Assembly: GCA_964596155.1 (NCBI GenBank)
Contig: CAZQSI010000001.1
Location: forward strand, 28,989-92,988
Reading direction: 5' to 3'
DNA: 64,000 nt
Source: an uncultured Chitinophagaceae bacterium
Lineage (GTDB): Bacteria > Bacteroidota > Ignavibacteria > UBA10030 > UBA8401
Part shown: in pieces, positions 1 through 10,700 of the stretch
Numbering within the stretch: the first letter of the stretch is position 1
Layout of the letters: every line of letters starts with the position of its first letter
The notes under the pieces: generated by a model
Databases searched by the model: none
Told to the model about the DNA's origin: nothing
What the model saw: only the letters and a program-made list of their open reading frames with translations
Translations under genes and position numbers: made by a program

Positions 1-840
1 CGCCAGGTCTAATCGGGCGACCGCTTCATTGTAATCGACATTAGCTTTGATCATCACAATGGCGCTTTTCACATGCCCGTGTGCTTCGTCGAGGACTCGT
101 TCCGCAGTCTTATAGTCAACTCCTGTGACAGTCATGACAATCCGCTTCGCCCGCTCAACCAATTTTTTATTGGTCATTTGCAGGTCGATCATCATATTCT
201 CATACACTTTACCGAGACGCACCATTGCGGTGGTGGTGATCATATTGAGAATCAGTTTTTGAGCGGTTCCGCTTTTCATCCGAGTGGATCCCATAATTAC
301 CTCCGGACCAACTTCTGCGCAAATGGCAACATCAAGAGTTTCCGCAAGCTGTTTAAATTCCGGCAGGTCCAGGTTGCTGCGGGGATTGGTGGTGACATAG
401 ATCGTTCTTGCGCCTCGAGCTTTTGCACGGCGAACGGCACCGATAACGTACGGAGTCCGCATGCTTGCGGCAATGCCGCAGACGACATCGTTCAGGCCGA
501 CCCCTTTGGCATCGATATCATTAGCGCCGCCTTCAGGCTTATCCTCAGCCCCCTCCACGGCACGGAACATCGCTCCTTCTCCGCCGGCGATCATCCCCTG
601 CACCATTTCAAACGGTACTCCGAACGTCGGCGGACACTCGCTTGCATCGACAATGCCGACGCGGCCGCTTGTTCCTGCACCGACGTAGATCAATCTTCCC
701 CCGTTTACGAATGCATTCACAACCAATTCGACGGCTTGAGCTATATAGGGGATTTGTGTTTCCACCGCCTCCGCCACAAGTTTATCATCGTTGTTGATGA
801 TGGTGAGAATCTCGGTGATGGACTGAGAGTCGATATTCAT
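1..840 (-). CDS. murQ: N-acetylmuramic acid 6-phosphate etherase (SIS domain). C-terminus truncated by the window edge. The ATG is at complement 838-840.
   Basis: Manual reverse translation of 1-840 gives MNIDSQSITEILTIINNDDKLVAEAVETQIPYIAQAVELVVNAFVNGGRLIYVGAGTSGRVGIVDASECPPTFGV... This carries the conserved MurQ SIS motif GRLxYxGAGTSGRLG...DAxECPPTFG. The plus-strand ORF 73..891 in the track is the antisense artefact of this gene. Confidence 0.8.
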   Translation of the reverse strand, partial: MNIDSQSITEILTIINNDDKLVAEAVETQIPYIAQAVELVVNAFVNGGRLIYVGAGTSGRVGIVDASECPPTFGVPFEMVQGMIAGGEGAMFRAVEGAEDKPEGGANDIDAKGVGLNDVVCGIAASMRTPYVIGAVRRAKARGARTIYVTTNPRSNLDLPEFKQLAETLDVAICAEVGPEVIMGSTRMKSGTAQKLILNMITTTAMVRLGKVYENMMIDLQMTNKKLVERAKRIVMTVTGVDYKTAERVLDEAHGHVKSAIVMIKANVDYNEAVARLDLA

Positions 841-919
841 CGAACGGGGATTTCTCTGTTCGGTAGAGAGTTTTTGCAACTGTCGAAATAAGTCGTTTGT
901 GTTCACGGTTCTCTCAAAT

Positions 920-1627
920 TCAATGTGGGAAGGCGATTAATAATTTTTTATCAAGCATTTCAAATTCTTCGCTGCCCGGAAAAATTAACGGCAGGGAGCG
1001 GAGTGAAACAGACGGATATTTTTTTTGGGCGGATTGCTCTTCCTCCGTTATTTCAGACCCCTTAAATGTAATCAAAGAAGGAGTGTTGATCATATATTTT
1101 TCGGACTCACCATTGATTCCTCTTTTTGGTTTTAAAAACGGAAGTCCCCAGTCCAGCAGATTGGTGACATTGCTGACTGATCGTGCGACAACAGCGTCGA
1201 ACGAACGGGCAAAGGGTTTTTGCTTCTGCACTTCTTCTGCGCGGCCCCAGACGGCGGAGACATTCTTCAATCCAAGCGTATCGATCATAGAGTACACTGC
1301 CGTAATCTTTTTCTTGGTAGAGTCGAGCAGAACAAAAGAACAATCCGGAAGCATAATGGAAAGTGGAATTCCGGGAAGACCGCCGCCAGTTCCAAGATCA
1401 AGAATAGCCGTTTTTGGCTGAAAAACAAGCTTAAATAGCATAGTGATGGAAAGTGTTATATGCCCCTTCCAGAGTCGATCTTCGTTTTGACGGGAGATGA
1501 GATTGATCTTTTTATTCCATTCAAGCATCTCCTGCTTATACAAAACAAGCTGCCGCAATTGTATATCCGTTATAAGAATACCGTTTTTCTTGCATAACGT
1601 ATACAGCCAAAGTTCTTCGTCGCTCAT
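920..1627 (-). CDS. rsmG: 16S rRNA (guanine527-N7)-methyltransferase RsmG (GidB)
   Basis: 235 aa. SAM-binding motif LDLGTGGGLPGIPLSIMLPDCSFVLLDSTKKKITAV. Lies downstream of mnmG in the conserved mnmE-mnmG-rsmG order. Confidence 0.85.
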   Translation of the reverse strand: MSDEELWLYTLCKKNGILITDIQLRQLVLYKQEMLEWNKKINLISRQNEDRLWKGHITLSITMLFKLVFQPKTAILDLGTGGGLPGIPLSIMLPDCSFVLLDSTKKKITAVYSMIDTLGLKNVSAVWGRAEEVQKQKPFARSFDAVVARSVSNVTNLLDWGLPFLKPKRGINGESEKYMINTPSLITFKGSEITEEEQSAQKKYPSVSLRSLPLIFPGSEEFEMLDKKLLIAFPH

Positions 1628-1690
1628 AGTTTCACGTGGAACAGTTTCGGACCGCAGATTGATGGTTCCGACAATGTAGTTTTATCGTCC

Positions 1691-3577
1691 TTATGAATAG
1701 CGTTGCTTCAGAAAAATAGTAAGCACGGAAATATCCGCGTTCGTCACACCGGCAATTCTCGATGCCTGTCCGATTGATCGCGGACGGACTTTGTGAAGTT
1801 TTTCTTTTCCTTCTGCGCTCAACGATGAAATATTTTCATAATCAAAGTTGTCAGGAATAACGTACTCCTCAAATTTTGAAAAGCGTTCTATCTGTTCGTT
1901 TTGTCGCTGAATATATCCTGCGTATTTCACATCGATCTCTACCTGCTCGCTCACATCAATCCGGGTGAGAAATGTTCGCACTTCATCATTAGAAAGTACG
2001 TTCAACAGATCAGCAGCAGTGATATTTGTTCGTTTCAGCATTTGTGCCAGTGTATCGTTTTCCGGTATCAATGATTCATTCTTTGTTTCGAGCAATGGAT
2101 TGATCGTGGATGGGGCGACAGATGTTGTTTTAAGATACTCAACAGATTTTTTCACCATTGATTCTTTTTCATCCAACCGCTCAATCATCTCTTTGCTTAT
2201 CAATCCTAATTCAAATCCTTTCCTCATCAACCTCCTGTCGGCATTATCCTGACGAAGCAGCAAACGATACTCGGCTCTGGAAGTGAACATGCGATACGGC
2301 TCATCGGTGGATTTGTTGATCAGATCGTCAATCATCACACCAATGTACCCTTCACTTCTTTTTATAATAAATGGATCCTCCCTTTTTGCTCTGAGGGATG
2401 CATTAATTCCTGCTATTAATCCCTGTCCGGCAGCTTCCTCGTAACCGGATGTTCCATTAATTTGTCCAGCCAAAAAGAGTCCGGCGACAGCCTTAGTTTC
2501 CAGCGTATGCATCAACTGATGCGGCGGAAAATAATCATACTCAACGGCATATCCCGGTCTGATCATTTTTGCCTGTTCCAGACCTGCTATGGACCGGATT
2601 CCTTCGTATTGGATTTCTTCCGGTAAACTTGTCGAGAAACCGTTAACATAGACGACATCCGTGTTGTATCCTTCCGGTTCAAGGAAAATCTGATGTCGAT
2701 CTCTCTCTGCAAATCGAAACACCTTGTCTTCAATTGACGGACAATACCGAGGTCCCACCCCTTTAATTTTTCCGGTGAACATAGGAGAGCGATCGAAACC
2801 TTTTTCCAATATTTTATGAGTGATTGGATTGGTATATGTCAAATACATCGGAATCAGCCGATTCGTAATTTTTTCTGTCTGGAATGAAAAAGGAATCGGA
2901 GGATCATCACTATGTTGTATTTCAGTCTTAGAAAGATCAATGCTAGATAAATCTATTCTTGGCGGCGTTCCTGTCTTTAATCTTCCCGATGTTAATCCCA
3001 ACGACCGCAGACTTTCAGTTACTCCGCGTGCGGGAGCTTCTCCGAATCTGCCGCCGCTTCTGTTTCGTTCTCCCGTATGCATTAAGCCATTCAAAAACGT
3101 TCCGGCGCACAACACCATGGACGTACATGAGATTTCATGGCTTAGAAAAGTTCTGATTCCCTTTAACGTCCCACCCTCCACTATTATTTCAGATACTGAA
3201 TCTTCCAGCAGATCAAGATTTTGACATGAAAGAACCCGGCGCTGCGCATCCAACGAATACCACTCCCGGTCATTTTGAGAACGAGGAGACCAGACGGCAG
3301 GGCCTTTGGATTTGTTCAACATTTTAAATTGAATTCCGGTGGCATCTGCGATCTTTCCCATTTCGCCGCCAAGCGCATCAATCTCTCTCACCAGGTGTCC
3401 CTTGGCCGTTCCTCCAATAGCCGGATTGCACGACATTCTTCCTATCGCACTCGTTTTCAGAGAAATTAATAAAGCCTTACACCCCATTCTGGCAGCCGCC
3501 AGCGAGGCCTCTATGCCGGCATGTCCGCCTCCCACAATAATTACATCATAATATGTTTTTGGTCTGTTTATAAGCAT
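1691..3577 (-). CDS. mnmG: tRNA uridine-5-carboxymethylaminomethyl modification enzyme MnmG (GidA)
   Basis: 628 aa. N-terminal FAD motif [24 protein letters not shown]. Full-length similarity to MnmG. Confidence 0.95.
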   Translation of the reverse strand: MLINRPKTYYDVIIVGGGHAGIEASLAAARMGCKALLISLKTSAIGRMSCNPAIGGTAKGHLVREIDALGGEMGKIADATGIQFKMLNKSKGPAVWSPRSQNDREWYSLDAQRRVLSCQNLDLLEDSVSEIIVEGGTLKGIRTFLSHEISCTSMVLCAGTFLNGLMHTGERNRSGGRFGEAPARGVTESLRSLGLTSGRLKTGTPPRIDLSSIDLSKTEIQHSDDPPIPFSFQTEKITNRLIPMYLTYTNPITHKILEKGFDRSPMFTGKIKGVGPRYCPSIEDKVFRFAERDRHQIFLEPEGYNTDVVYVNGFSTSLPEEIQYEGIRSIAGLEQAKMIRPGYAVEYDYFPPHQLMHTLETKAVAGLFLAGQINGTSGYEEAAGQGLIAGINASLRAKREDPFIIKRSEGYIGVMIDDLINKSTDEPYRMFTSRAEYRLLLRQDNADRRLMRKGFELGLISKEMIERLDEKESMVKKSVEYLKTTSVAPSTINPLLETKNESLIPENDTLAQMLKRTNITAADLLNVLSNDEVRTFLTRIDVSEQVEIDVKYAGYIQRQNEQIERFSKFEEYVIPDNFDYENISSLSAEGKEKLHKVRPRSIGQASRIAGVTNADISVLTIFLKQRYS

Positions 3578-3632
3578 AATGTTTCACGTGAAACAATAAA
3601 ATATCTCTGTTTTGCAACAATTTCCTTAAAAA

Positions 3633-5039
3633 CTACTTTCCTATGCAAAATCTCGAGAAAATATTGTTTAGAATATCTTCCGGAGTTGTTATTCCAATGA
3701 TCTCACCTAAATAATTGAGCGCAGAGCGTAAATCAACAGCTGCAAAATCCCCACCCAATCCTTTATCAATCGTCATTTTGGCAGACTGAATAGATAATAG
3801 CGCCTTGTCCAATGCTTCTTTATGCCTTGCATTGGTGATCATGACCGATGATACCGTTGAATCATGATGTGGTATGGTTAAATGGACCAGTTTTCGTTTA
3901 AATTCAATAATGCCATCGTGATTCTTACACGAAATCCAGATTGGTTCAGGAGCAACGTCTAATACAACATCATTGTTCTTAATGTCAGATTTATTGAAAA
4001 CAACCATGATAGATTTTGATGGTGAATACTTAAGGATTAATTCATTATACAACCCTAACTCATCAGAATCTATATCTTTTGATCCATCCACCAGCAGAAT
4101 AACCACATCGGAGTTTTCAATTGCTCTCGATGTTCTTTTTATTCCTTCCTTTTCGATAAAATCTTCAGACTCTCTCAGTCCGGCTGTATCATGAAAAACA
4201 AATGCAACACCATCAAGTTCAACGCTCTCCTCTATCGTGTCCCTGGTCGTTCCCGGTATTTCGCTAACAATTGCTCTTTCCTCTTCCAATAAAATATTCA
4301 GCAGGCTCGATTTGCCGGCATTCGGCTTTCCAACCAATGCTACGTTAATTCCTTCTTTAATTACTTTCCCTTCCCTGTAACTTGCCGCCAGGGTTCGGAT
4401 TGCCTCTTCAGCGACGGATAGCTTATTTAATACCTGGGATTTATCAGCCAACTCGATTCCTTCCTGAGAAAAATCAAGTTCAAGTTCTAACAAGGAACAA
4501 ATACTTAGTATTTCGTCCCTAAGCGTTTTGACTTTTCCCGATAATTTACCTTTTAGCTGATCAATGGAAGCTTTGTGCGATTTTTCAGTTTTGGAATGGA
4601 TTAAATCTGCAACCGCTTCTGCCTGGGCAAGATCAAGCTTGCCGTTGAGGAAAGCCCGAAGAGTAAACTCTCCCGGTTCAGATGGACGGACTCCGGATTG
4701 ATACAACAGTCCAAGAATTTTTTGAGAGACAAAATAGCCGCCGTGGGAACTGATTTCAACAACATCCTCGCCGGTAAACGAGTGAGGATTTCGAAAAACG
4801 GAGACGAGCACTGTGTCAACCGTTTCACGTGAAACCGGGTCAACAATCGAACCAAAATGAATGGTGTTTGCCTGCGCCTCGCGTACGGGAGCCGATCCTT
4901 TAAAAAGAAGATCGGTGACCGAAAAGGAGGATCCGCCGCTAATTCTTATAACGGATATACCGCCAATGCCGACCGGCGTAGCGATTGCAGCAATGGTATC
5001 GTCTGTTTGAAAAACCATATCGAGATGAAATTTTATCAA
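3633..5039 (-). CDS. mnmE: tRNA modification GTPase MnmE (TrmE)
   Basis: 468 aa. G1 motif GKPNAGKSSLLNILL. C-terminal CIGK tetrapeptide characteristic of MnmE. Confidence 0.95.
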   Translation of the reverse strand: MIKFHLDMVFQTDDTIAAIATPVGIGGISVIRISGGSSFSVTDLLFKGSAPVREAQANTIHFGSIVDPVSRETVDTVLVSVFRNPHSFTGEDVVEISSHGGYFVSQKILGLLYQSGVRPSEPGEFTLRAFLNGKLDLAQAEAVADLIHSKTEKSHKASIDQLKGKLSGKVKTLRDEILSICSLLELELDFSQEGIELADKSQVLNKLSVAEEAIRTLAASYREGKVIKEGINVALVGKPNAGKSSLLNILLEEERAIVSEIPGTTRDTIEESVELDGVAFVFHDTAGLRESEDFIEKEGIKRTSRAIENSDVVILLVDGSKDIDSDELGLYNELILKYSPSKSIMVVFNKSDIKNNDVVLDVAPEPIWISCKNHDGIIEFKRKLVHLTIPHHDSTVSSVMITNARHKEALDKALLSIQSAKMTIDKGLGGDFAAVDLRSALNYLGEIIGITTPEDILNNIFSRFCIGK

Positions 5040-5128
5040 GATACAAAAATATTTCTTGACTACGGAATGAAATGTTATATCTTACATGAGTGTAACCCAG
5101 TTGCACTACCAACGTAACCAACAAAAGA

Positions 5129-5278
5129 ATGTCCTCAGAGAAAAAACATACAGTAACCATTGCTTCGCGTTCCCGCGTTCGCAGTATAGCTGTACCGGTG
5201 TCCCTCCTTCCGCTGAGCGGCTTGATTATTCTTTTGGGAATTACTTTTGCGATTCTAGGCCTACGAATTACCGGCTAA
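5129..5278 (+). promoter_or_regulatory. Candidate ilv leader-peptide ORF (49 codons, Ile/Leu/Val-rich) of a putative transcription attenuator upstream of ilvB
   Basis: Manual translation gives ATG(5129) ... TAA(5276-5278) = MSSEKKHTVTIASRSRVRSIAVPVSLLPLSGLIILLGITFAILGLRITG. 19 of 49 residues are I, L or V, including the run LIILL. The ORF is under the 60-aa track cut-off. A sigma70-like TTGACT...TATCTT sits at about 5055-5085. Downstream alternative RNA pairings are described in the findings. Confidence 0.35.
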
Positions 5279-5407
5279 GTCTACGCAGAGGTTACTCCCA
5301 AAAAACATATCACACAATACTCAACACGTAACATGTGAGAAATAATATCAGGGTGTAACCTCTGTAGCAGGGGTGCTCTATATTCATATTATTTATCAGG
5401 TGTTACC

Positions 5408-7183
5408 ATGTCTCAACAAATACCATCGTCTCCTTCCGGCACTCAGCGTCAAATGACAGGCGCCGAAATTTTCGTCCGCTCGCTTATCGAAGAGCATGTC
5501 GATATTGTTTTCGGATATCCCGGCGGTGCAGTCATCGGCATCTACGATGCGCTTCACGACATTTCAGACATTAAACATATTCTTACCCGGCATGAACAAG
5601 GCGCAGTCCACGCTGCCGAAGGTTATGCCAAGGCAAGCGGCAAACCGGGCGTTGCTCTTGTTACCTCCGGTCCGGGAGCAACGAACACCGTCACCGGCAT
5701 TGCCGACGCATATATGGATTCCATACCGATTGTTGTGTTTACCGGACAGGTGGCATTGAAGATGATCGGCAATGATGCATTTCAGGAAGCAGATATCGTC
5801 GGCATTACTCGGCCGATTACGAAACATAACTATCTTGTGCGGGATGTAAACGAACTTGCTTCGACGATCAAAGAGGCATTTTATGTTGCGACAACGGGAC
5901 GTCCCGGTCCCGTGCTTGTGGATCTTCCCAAAGATGTCATGGCAACGAAGACGGTCTTCAGTTATCCGCGCAGCGTCAAGATGCGTTCCTACATTCCTCA
6001 CGTTGATGGAAATCAGAAACAGCTGGATAAAGCAATCGCCTTAATTGCAAAATCGAAACGCCCCGTGCTCTATGTCGGAGGCGGAACAATTCTCTCCAAT
6101 GCTTCCGCCGAGTTAACGGCATTTGCACGCAAGACGAATATTCCCGTCACCACAACGCTGCACGGACTCGGAGCGTTTCCGGAAACCGACGAACTGTCGC
6201 TCGGTATGCTCGGCATGCACGGCACATGGTATTCGAACACCGCAGTGCATTATTCCGATCTGCTGATCGCCGTCGGATCACGGTTTGATGACCGCGTTAC
6301 GGGGAAGACCGATGCATTTGCGCCGGAAGCAAAAAAAATTCATATCGATGTCGATCCTTCCAACATCAGCAAAAATGTTAAAGTCGATGTGCCGATCGTC
6401 GGCGACGTAAAACGGGTGCTGCAACAGTTGACACCATCCGTTACCCAATTGGACACGAACGATTGGATCCAAACGATAAAACACTGGAAGGAAGAACATC
6501 CGCTCCGATACCGCTCCGGCACTCACATACGCATGCAACATGTGATAAAAGCCGTTTCGGAGGCAACGAAGGGAAGGGCGGTGCTCGTCAGCGATGTGGG
6601 ACAGCACCAGATGTGGATGGCACAATTCTACCAGTACGTGTATCCTAGAACGCATTTAACCTCCGGTGGACTCGGAACAATGGGATTTTCACTGCCGGCG
6701 GCGATGGGAGCTGCGTTTGCCCAAAAACAGTTTCCCGTTGTTTCCATCAGCGGCGACGGCGGCATCCAAATGAACATACAGGAACTGGCAACAATCAGGG
6801 AATATAATGTTCCTGTGAAGATCCTTATTCTTAATAACGGATATCTGGGCATGGTGCGCCAATGGCAGGAATTATTCTGGAGGAAACGATATTCCCACGT
6901 GGAAATGCTGAGTCCGGATTACATGAAACTTGCCGATGCGTACGGCATTCCCGGCTTGCGGGCAACGCTCACCGAAGAGGTCGATGACACCGTGAAGAAG
7001 ATGTTTGATATCGACGGACCGGTGCTTGTGGAATTCAAAGTGGTGAAAGAGGATAACGTGTACCCGATGATTCCGGCAGGGCAGACGTATAATGAGATTA
7101 TCGACGTACCGGACGATGAGAACCAATCCGCTGAGAGTGAAAACGAGACCGAGCGAGAATTGATCACGATTACCAAAGGATAA
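5408..7183 (+). CDS. ilvB: Acetolactate synthase (acetohydroxy-acid synthase) large subunit
   Basis: 591 aa. Thiamine-diphosphate enzyme signature FGYPGGAVIGIYDAL, GDGGIQMNIQELAT. Has an acidic C-terminal tail. Confidence 0.95.
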   Translation: MSQQIPSSPSGTQRQMTGAEIFVRSLIEEHVDIVFGYPGGAVIGIYDALHDISDIKHILTRHEQGAVHAAEGYAKASGKPGVALVTSGPGATNTVTGIADAYMDSIPIVVFTGQVALKMIGNDAFQEADIVGITRPITKHNYLVRDVNELASTIKEAFYVATTGRPGPVLVDLPKDVMATKTVFSYPRSVKMRSYIPHVDGNQKQLDKAIALIAKSKRPVLYVGGGTILSNASAELTAFARKTNIPVTTTLHGLGAFPETDELSLGMLGMHGTWYSNTAVHYSDLLIAVGSRFDDRVTGKTDAFAPEAKKIHIDVDPSNISKNVKVDVPIVGDVKRVLQQLTPSVTQLDTNDWIQTIKHWKEEHPLRYRSGTHIRMQHVIKAVSEATKGRAVLVSDVGQHQMWMAQFYQYVYPRTHLTSGGLGTMGFSLPAAMGAAFAQKQFPVVSISGDGGIQMNIQELATIREYNVPVKILILNNGYLGMVRQWQELFWRKRYSHVEMLSPDYMKLADAYGIPGLRATLTEEVDDTVKKMFDIDGPVLVEFKVVKEDNVYPMIPAGQTYNEIIDVPDDENQSAESENETERELITITKG

Positions 7184-7185
7184 GC

Positions 7186-7713
7186 ATGGGAACAGCTGCC
7201 GAACAGACCGTCGTTCAAACGGCGCATAAACATACTATTTCCATCCTGCTGGAGAATAAATTCGGCGCATTAAACCGAGTTGCCGGCATGTTTTCCGCAA
7301 AAGGATACAATCTCGAAAGCATTACGGTCGGACCGACGGAAGAGGGTTCTGTGTCGAGAATGACGATTGTTACCCGCGGCGATGATGCTATCATCGAACA
7401 GATCATTAAACAGCTGAACAAACTGATCGATACACTGAAGGTGATCGATCTGACGTACGAAAGTTTTATGGAGCGTGAACTTGCGCTGATAAAAGTGACC
7501 ACGAATCCTGAGACACGGTCGGAAATTATGCAGGTGGTCGAAATTTTTCAGGGAAAGATTATTGATATCAGCCATAAGACGTTGACGGTGGAAGCAACCG
7601 GCAGCGGTCAGAAAGTGGATGCCATCATTAAAATGTTAAAGCCGTTTCATATCAGAGAGATTGCCCGCACCGGGCGGGTTGCATTGAAGCGGGAATTTGT
7701 CGGAGAGGCATAA
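7186..7713 (+). CDS. ilvN: Acetolactate synthase small (regulatory, ACT) subunit
   Basis: 175 aa. [32 protein letters not shown]. Starts 3 nt after the ilvB stop. Confidence 0.9.
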   Translation: MGTAAEQTVVQTAHKHTISILLENKFGALNRVAGMFSAKGYNLESITVGPTEEGSVSRMTIVTRGDDAIIEQIIKQLNKLIDTLKVIDLTYESFMERELALIKVTTNPETRSEIMQVVEIFQGKIIDISHKTLTVEATGSGQKVDAIIKMLKPFHIREIARTGRVALKREFVGEA

Positions 7714-7715
7714 GA

Positions 7716-10700
7716 ATGAACGAACCATTTCAGAATTCGGAGAACTTTCCGTTGTACGATCCGCGCAACGAGCACGATGCCTGCGGCATCGGTTTTGTTG
7801 CCAACATCAAAGGATCATCGTCGCATGATATTGTCGCGAAGGGGATTGAGATCTTAATCAATCTCACGCACCGCGGTGCATGCGGATGCGATCCCGAAAC
7901 GGGGGACGGAGCAGGACTGACGATTCAGATTCCCCATAAATTTTTTCTGAAAGAATGCGGGAAGAGCGGATTCACCATTCCTGCGGCAGGGTCGTACGGA
8001 GTCGGCATTGTGTTCCTGCCGGTTTCACAATCCTCTCGGCTGATCTGCGAAGGAATTCTTGAGCGGATCACCAGAGAAGAAGGTTTGAGTGTGCTGGGAT
8101 GGAGAGATACGCCGGTCGGCGCTGATGCGATCGGAAGAATTGCCCGCGCATCGCAGCCGTACATCGAACAGATTTTTATCGAACGACCGGAAGAAATATC
8201 CCGTCCGGAATTTGACAGGAAATTATATGTCATTCGAAAACGCGCCGAATCCGAAATAGCTGCGTCCGGCATTAAAGAAAGCGATTTCTTTTATATTCCG
8301 TCGCTCTCATCACGCGTAATCATTTATAAAGGATTGCTGCTGGCGGAACAGATTGAACAGTTTTACACCGATCTCACCGACGAAGATACTGAAAGCAACT
8401 TCTGTCTTGTTCATCAACGCTTTTCAACAAACACTCTTCCGAATTGGAAATTGGCTCATCCGTTTCGCTTCATCAGCCATAACGGCGAGATCAATACAAT
8501 GAGGGGCAACGTCATCTGGATGAATGCCAGGCAGTCGGTATTGGCATCGGATCTGTTTGGAGAGGATTTAAAAAAACTGTTTCCCGTTATTCAGCCGGAG
8601 GGAAGCGATTCGGCGGCGCTGGATAATGCCGTCGAACTGCTCTATCATTCCGGCAGAAGTCTGCCTCATGTGATGTCGATGCTCATCCCCGAAGCGTGGA
8701 GTCATGACGATACGATGTCTCCCGAACGCAAAGCATTTTTTGAATATCACGCATCGCTGATGGAACCGTGGGATGGTCCCGCCGCCGTGGCATTTACGGA
8801 CGGAGCGGTGATTGGCGCAACACTGGACAGGAACGGACTGCGTCCGGCGCGCTATGTTGAAACACATGACGGCCTGTTTGTGCTCGCTTCTGAAGCAGGA
8901 GTTTTAACGATTGAGCCGGAGCGGGTGAAATTGAAGGGGAGACTCGAACCGGGGAAAATGGTGCTGGTTGATCTTGAACAGCACCGGCTGATTCTTGACG
9001 ATGAAATTAAAGACGGATTGTCATCCGCGAAGCCCTATGCCGAATGGATCAAAGAGAATTTAATTACGCTTGAGCAGCTTCCGGAGCCGCCGCGGATGCA
9101 CACGCTGAACGATGCCAACATTGTCCAGCGGCAGCGTGTGTTCGGTTACAGCGACGAGGATGTGAGAATGATCATCACTCCAATGGCTGTGAACGGAGAA
9201 GAAGCGATCGGTTCGATGGGAACGGATACACCCCTGGCATGCTTGTCGGACAAACCTCAATCGCTGTTCAGTTACTTTAAGCAGTTGTTTGCGCAGGTGA
9301 CCAATCCGCCGATTGATCCGATCCGCGAAAAATTTGTGATGTCGTTGACAAGTTACATCGGAACGGAACGGAACATCCTCGAAGAAACGCCGCTGCATTG
9401 CCATACTTTAAAGCTGCAGCATCCCGTGCTGACCAATACGGAATTGGAAAAACTTCGACGCGTATCGCAGGGTGATTTTTTGACAATGACGCTTCCGGTG
9501 CTGTTTCGTGTAAACGGAGGGGCGGCGGAATTGGAACGGGCGCTGGACGGATTGTGCCGGCGCGCATCGCTTGCGATCGAGTCTGGTTATTCAATCATCA
9601 TCCTCTCGGACCGCGGTTCAGATTCGGAATATGCACCAATTCCGAGTTTGTTGGCGATGACGGCGGTGCATAATCATCTCGTCAGAGAAAAAACAAGAAC
9701 TCAGGTGGCACTTGTAATGGAGTCCGGGGAACCGCGGGAAGTGATGCATTTTTGTCTGCTGATCGGCTACGGCGCCAGCGCCGTCAACCCGTACCTTGCC
9801 ATAGAAACAATTGAAGATCTCGCCAACAAAGGCCGATTGAAAGAGGGGATGACATCGGACGATGCCGTACAGCACTATATTAAGGCGCTCGGAAAGGGAC
9901 TGCTGAAAGTTTTTTCGAAGATGGGCATCTCCACGCTGCAGAGTTACCGCGGAGCGCAGATATTTGAAGCAATCGGATTAAACAAACAATTTGTTGAAAA
10001 ATATTTTCATGGCACCTCTTCCCGCATTGAGGGGATAGGGTTACCGATTCTTGTTGAAGAAGCACGGCGGAAACATGCATACAGTCAACAACCGCTTACA
10101 CTGTCCGAGTCCGAACTCGAACTGGGAGGAAATTATCACTTCAGAATCAACGGTGAACGGCATTTAATCAATCCGCAGACAGTTGCAAAACTGCAGCATT
10201 CAGTCCGACAGCGGAATTATTCATCATTTAAAGAATTCAGTTCGCTGGTGAATGATCAAAGCACGGAATTGTTCACGCTGCGGGGGTTGATGGAATTTAA
10301 AACCGGAACAAAAAGCGTGCATATCGAGGATGTGGAACCGGCGCGGCAGATTGTGAAACGCTTTGTCACAGGCGCGATGTCGTTTGGTTCAATCAGCAAA
10401 GAGGCACACGAAACGATTGCCATTGCTATGAACCGGATCGGCGGAAAATCGAATACCGGAGAGGGCGGAGAAGATGAAGACCGGTTCAGTTCCGATGCGA
10501 ACGGCGATTTGCGCAGAAGCGCCATCAAGCAGGTAGCGTCCGGCAGGTTCGGCGTAACGGCAAACTATCTCGTCAATGCGGATGAAATCCAGATCAAGAT
10601 CGCCCAGGGTGCGAAGCCAGGCGAGGGAGGACAGCTGCCGGGATATAAAGTAGATGAAGTGATTGCAAAGACACGGCATTCCATCGCTGGGGTCGGATTA

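Noticed and set aside
73-891. 272-aa plus-strand ORF in the track
   Set aside because: The translation has no recognisable fold. The opposite strand encodes a clean MurQ etherase (SIS domain) over the same interval, so this ORF is the antisense shadow.
5040-5407. Possible oriC next to the gidA/gidB (mnmG/rsmG) genes
   Set aside because: No DnaA boxes or 13-mer AT-rich repeats are visible in the spacer. The region is better explained as divergent promoters plus the ilv leader.
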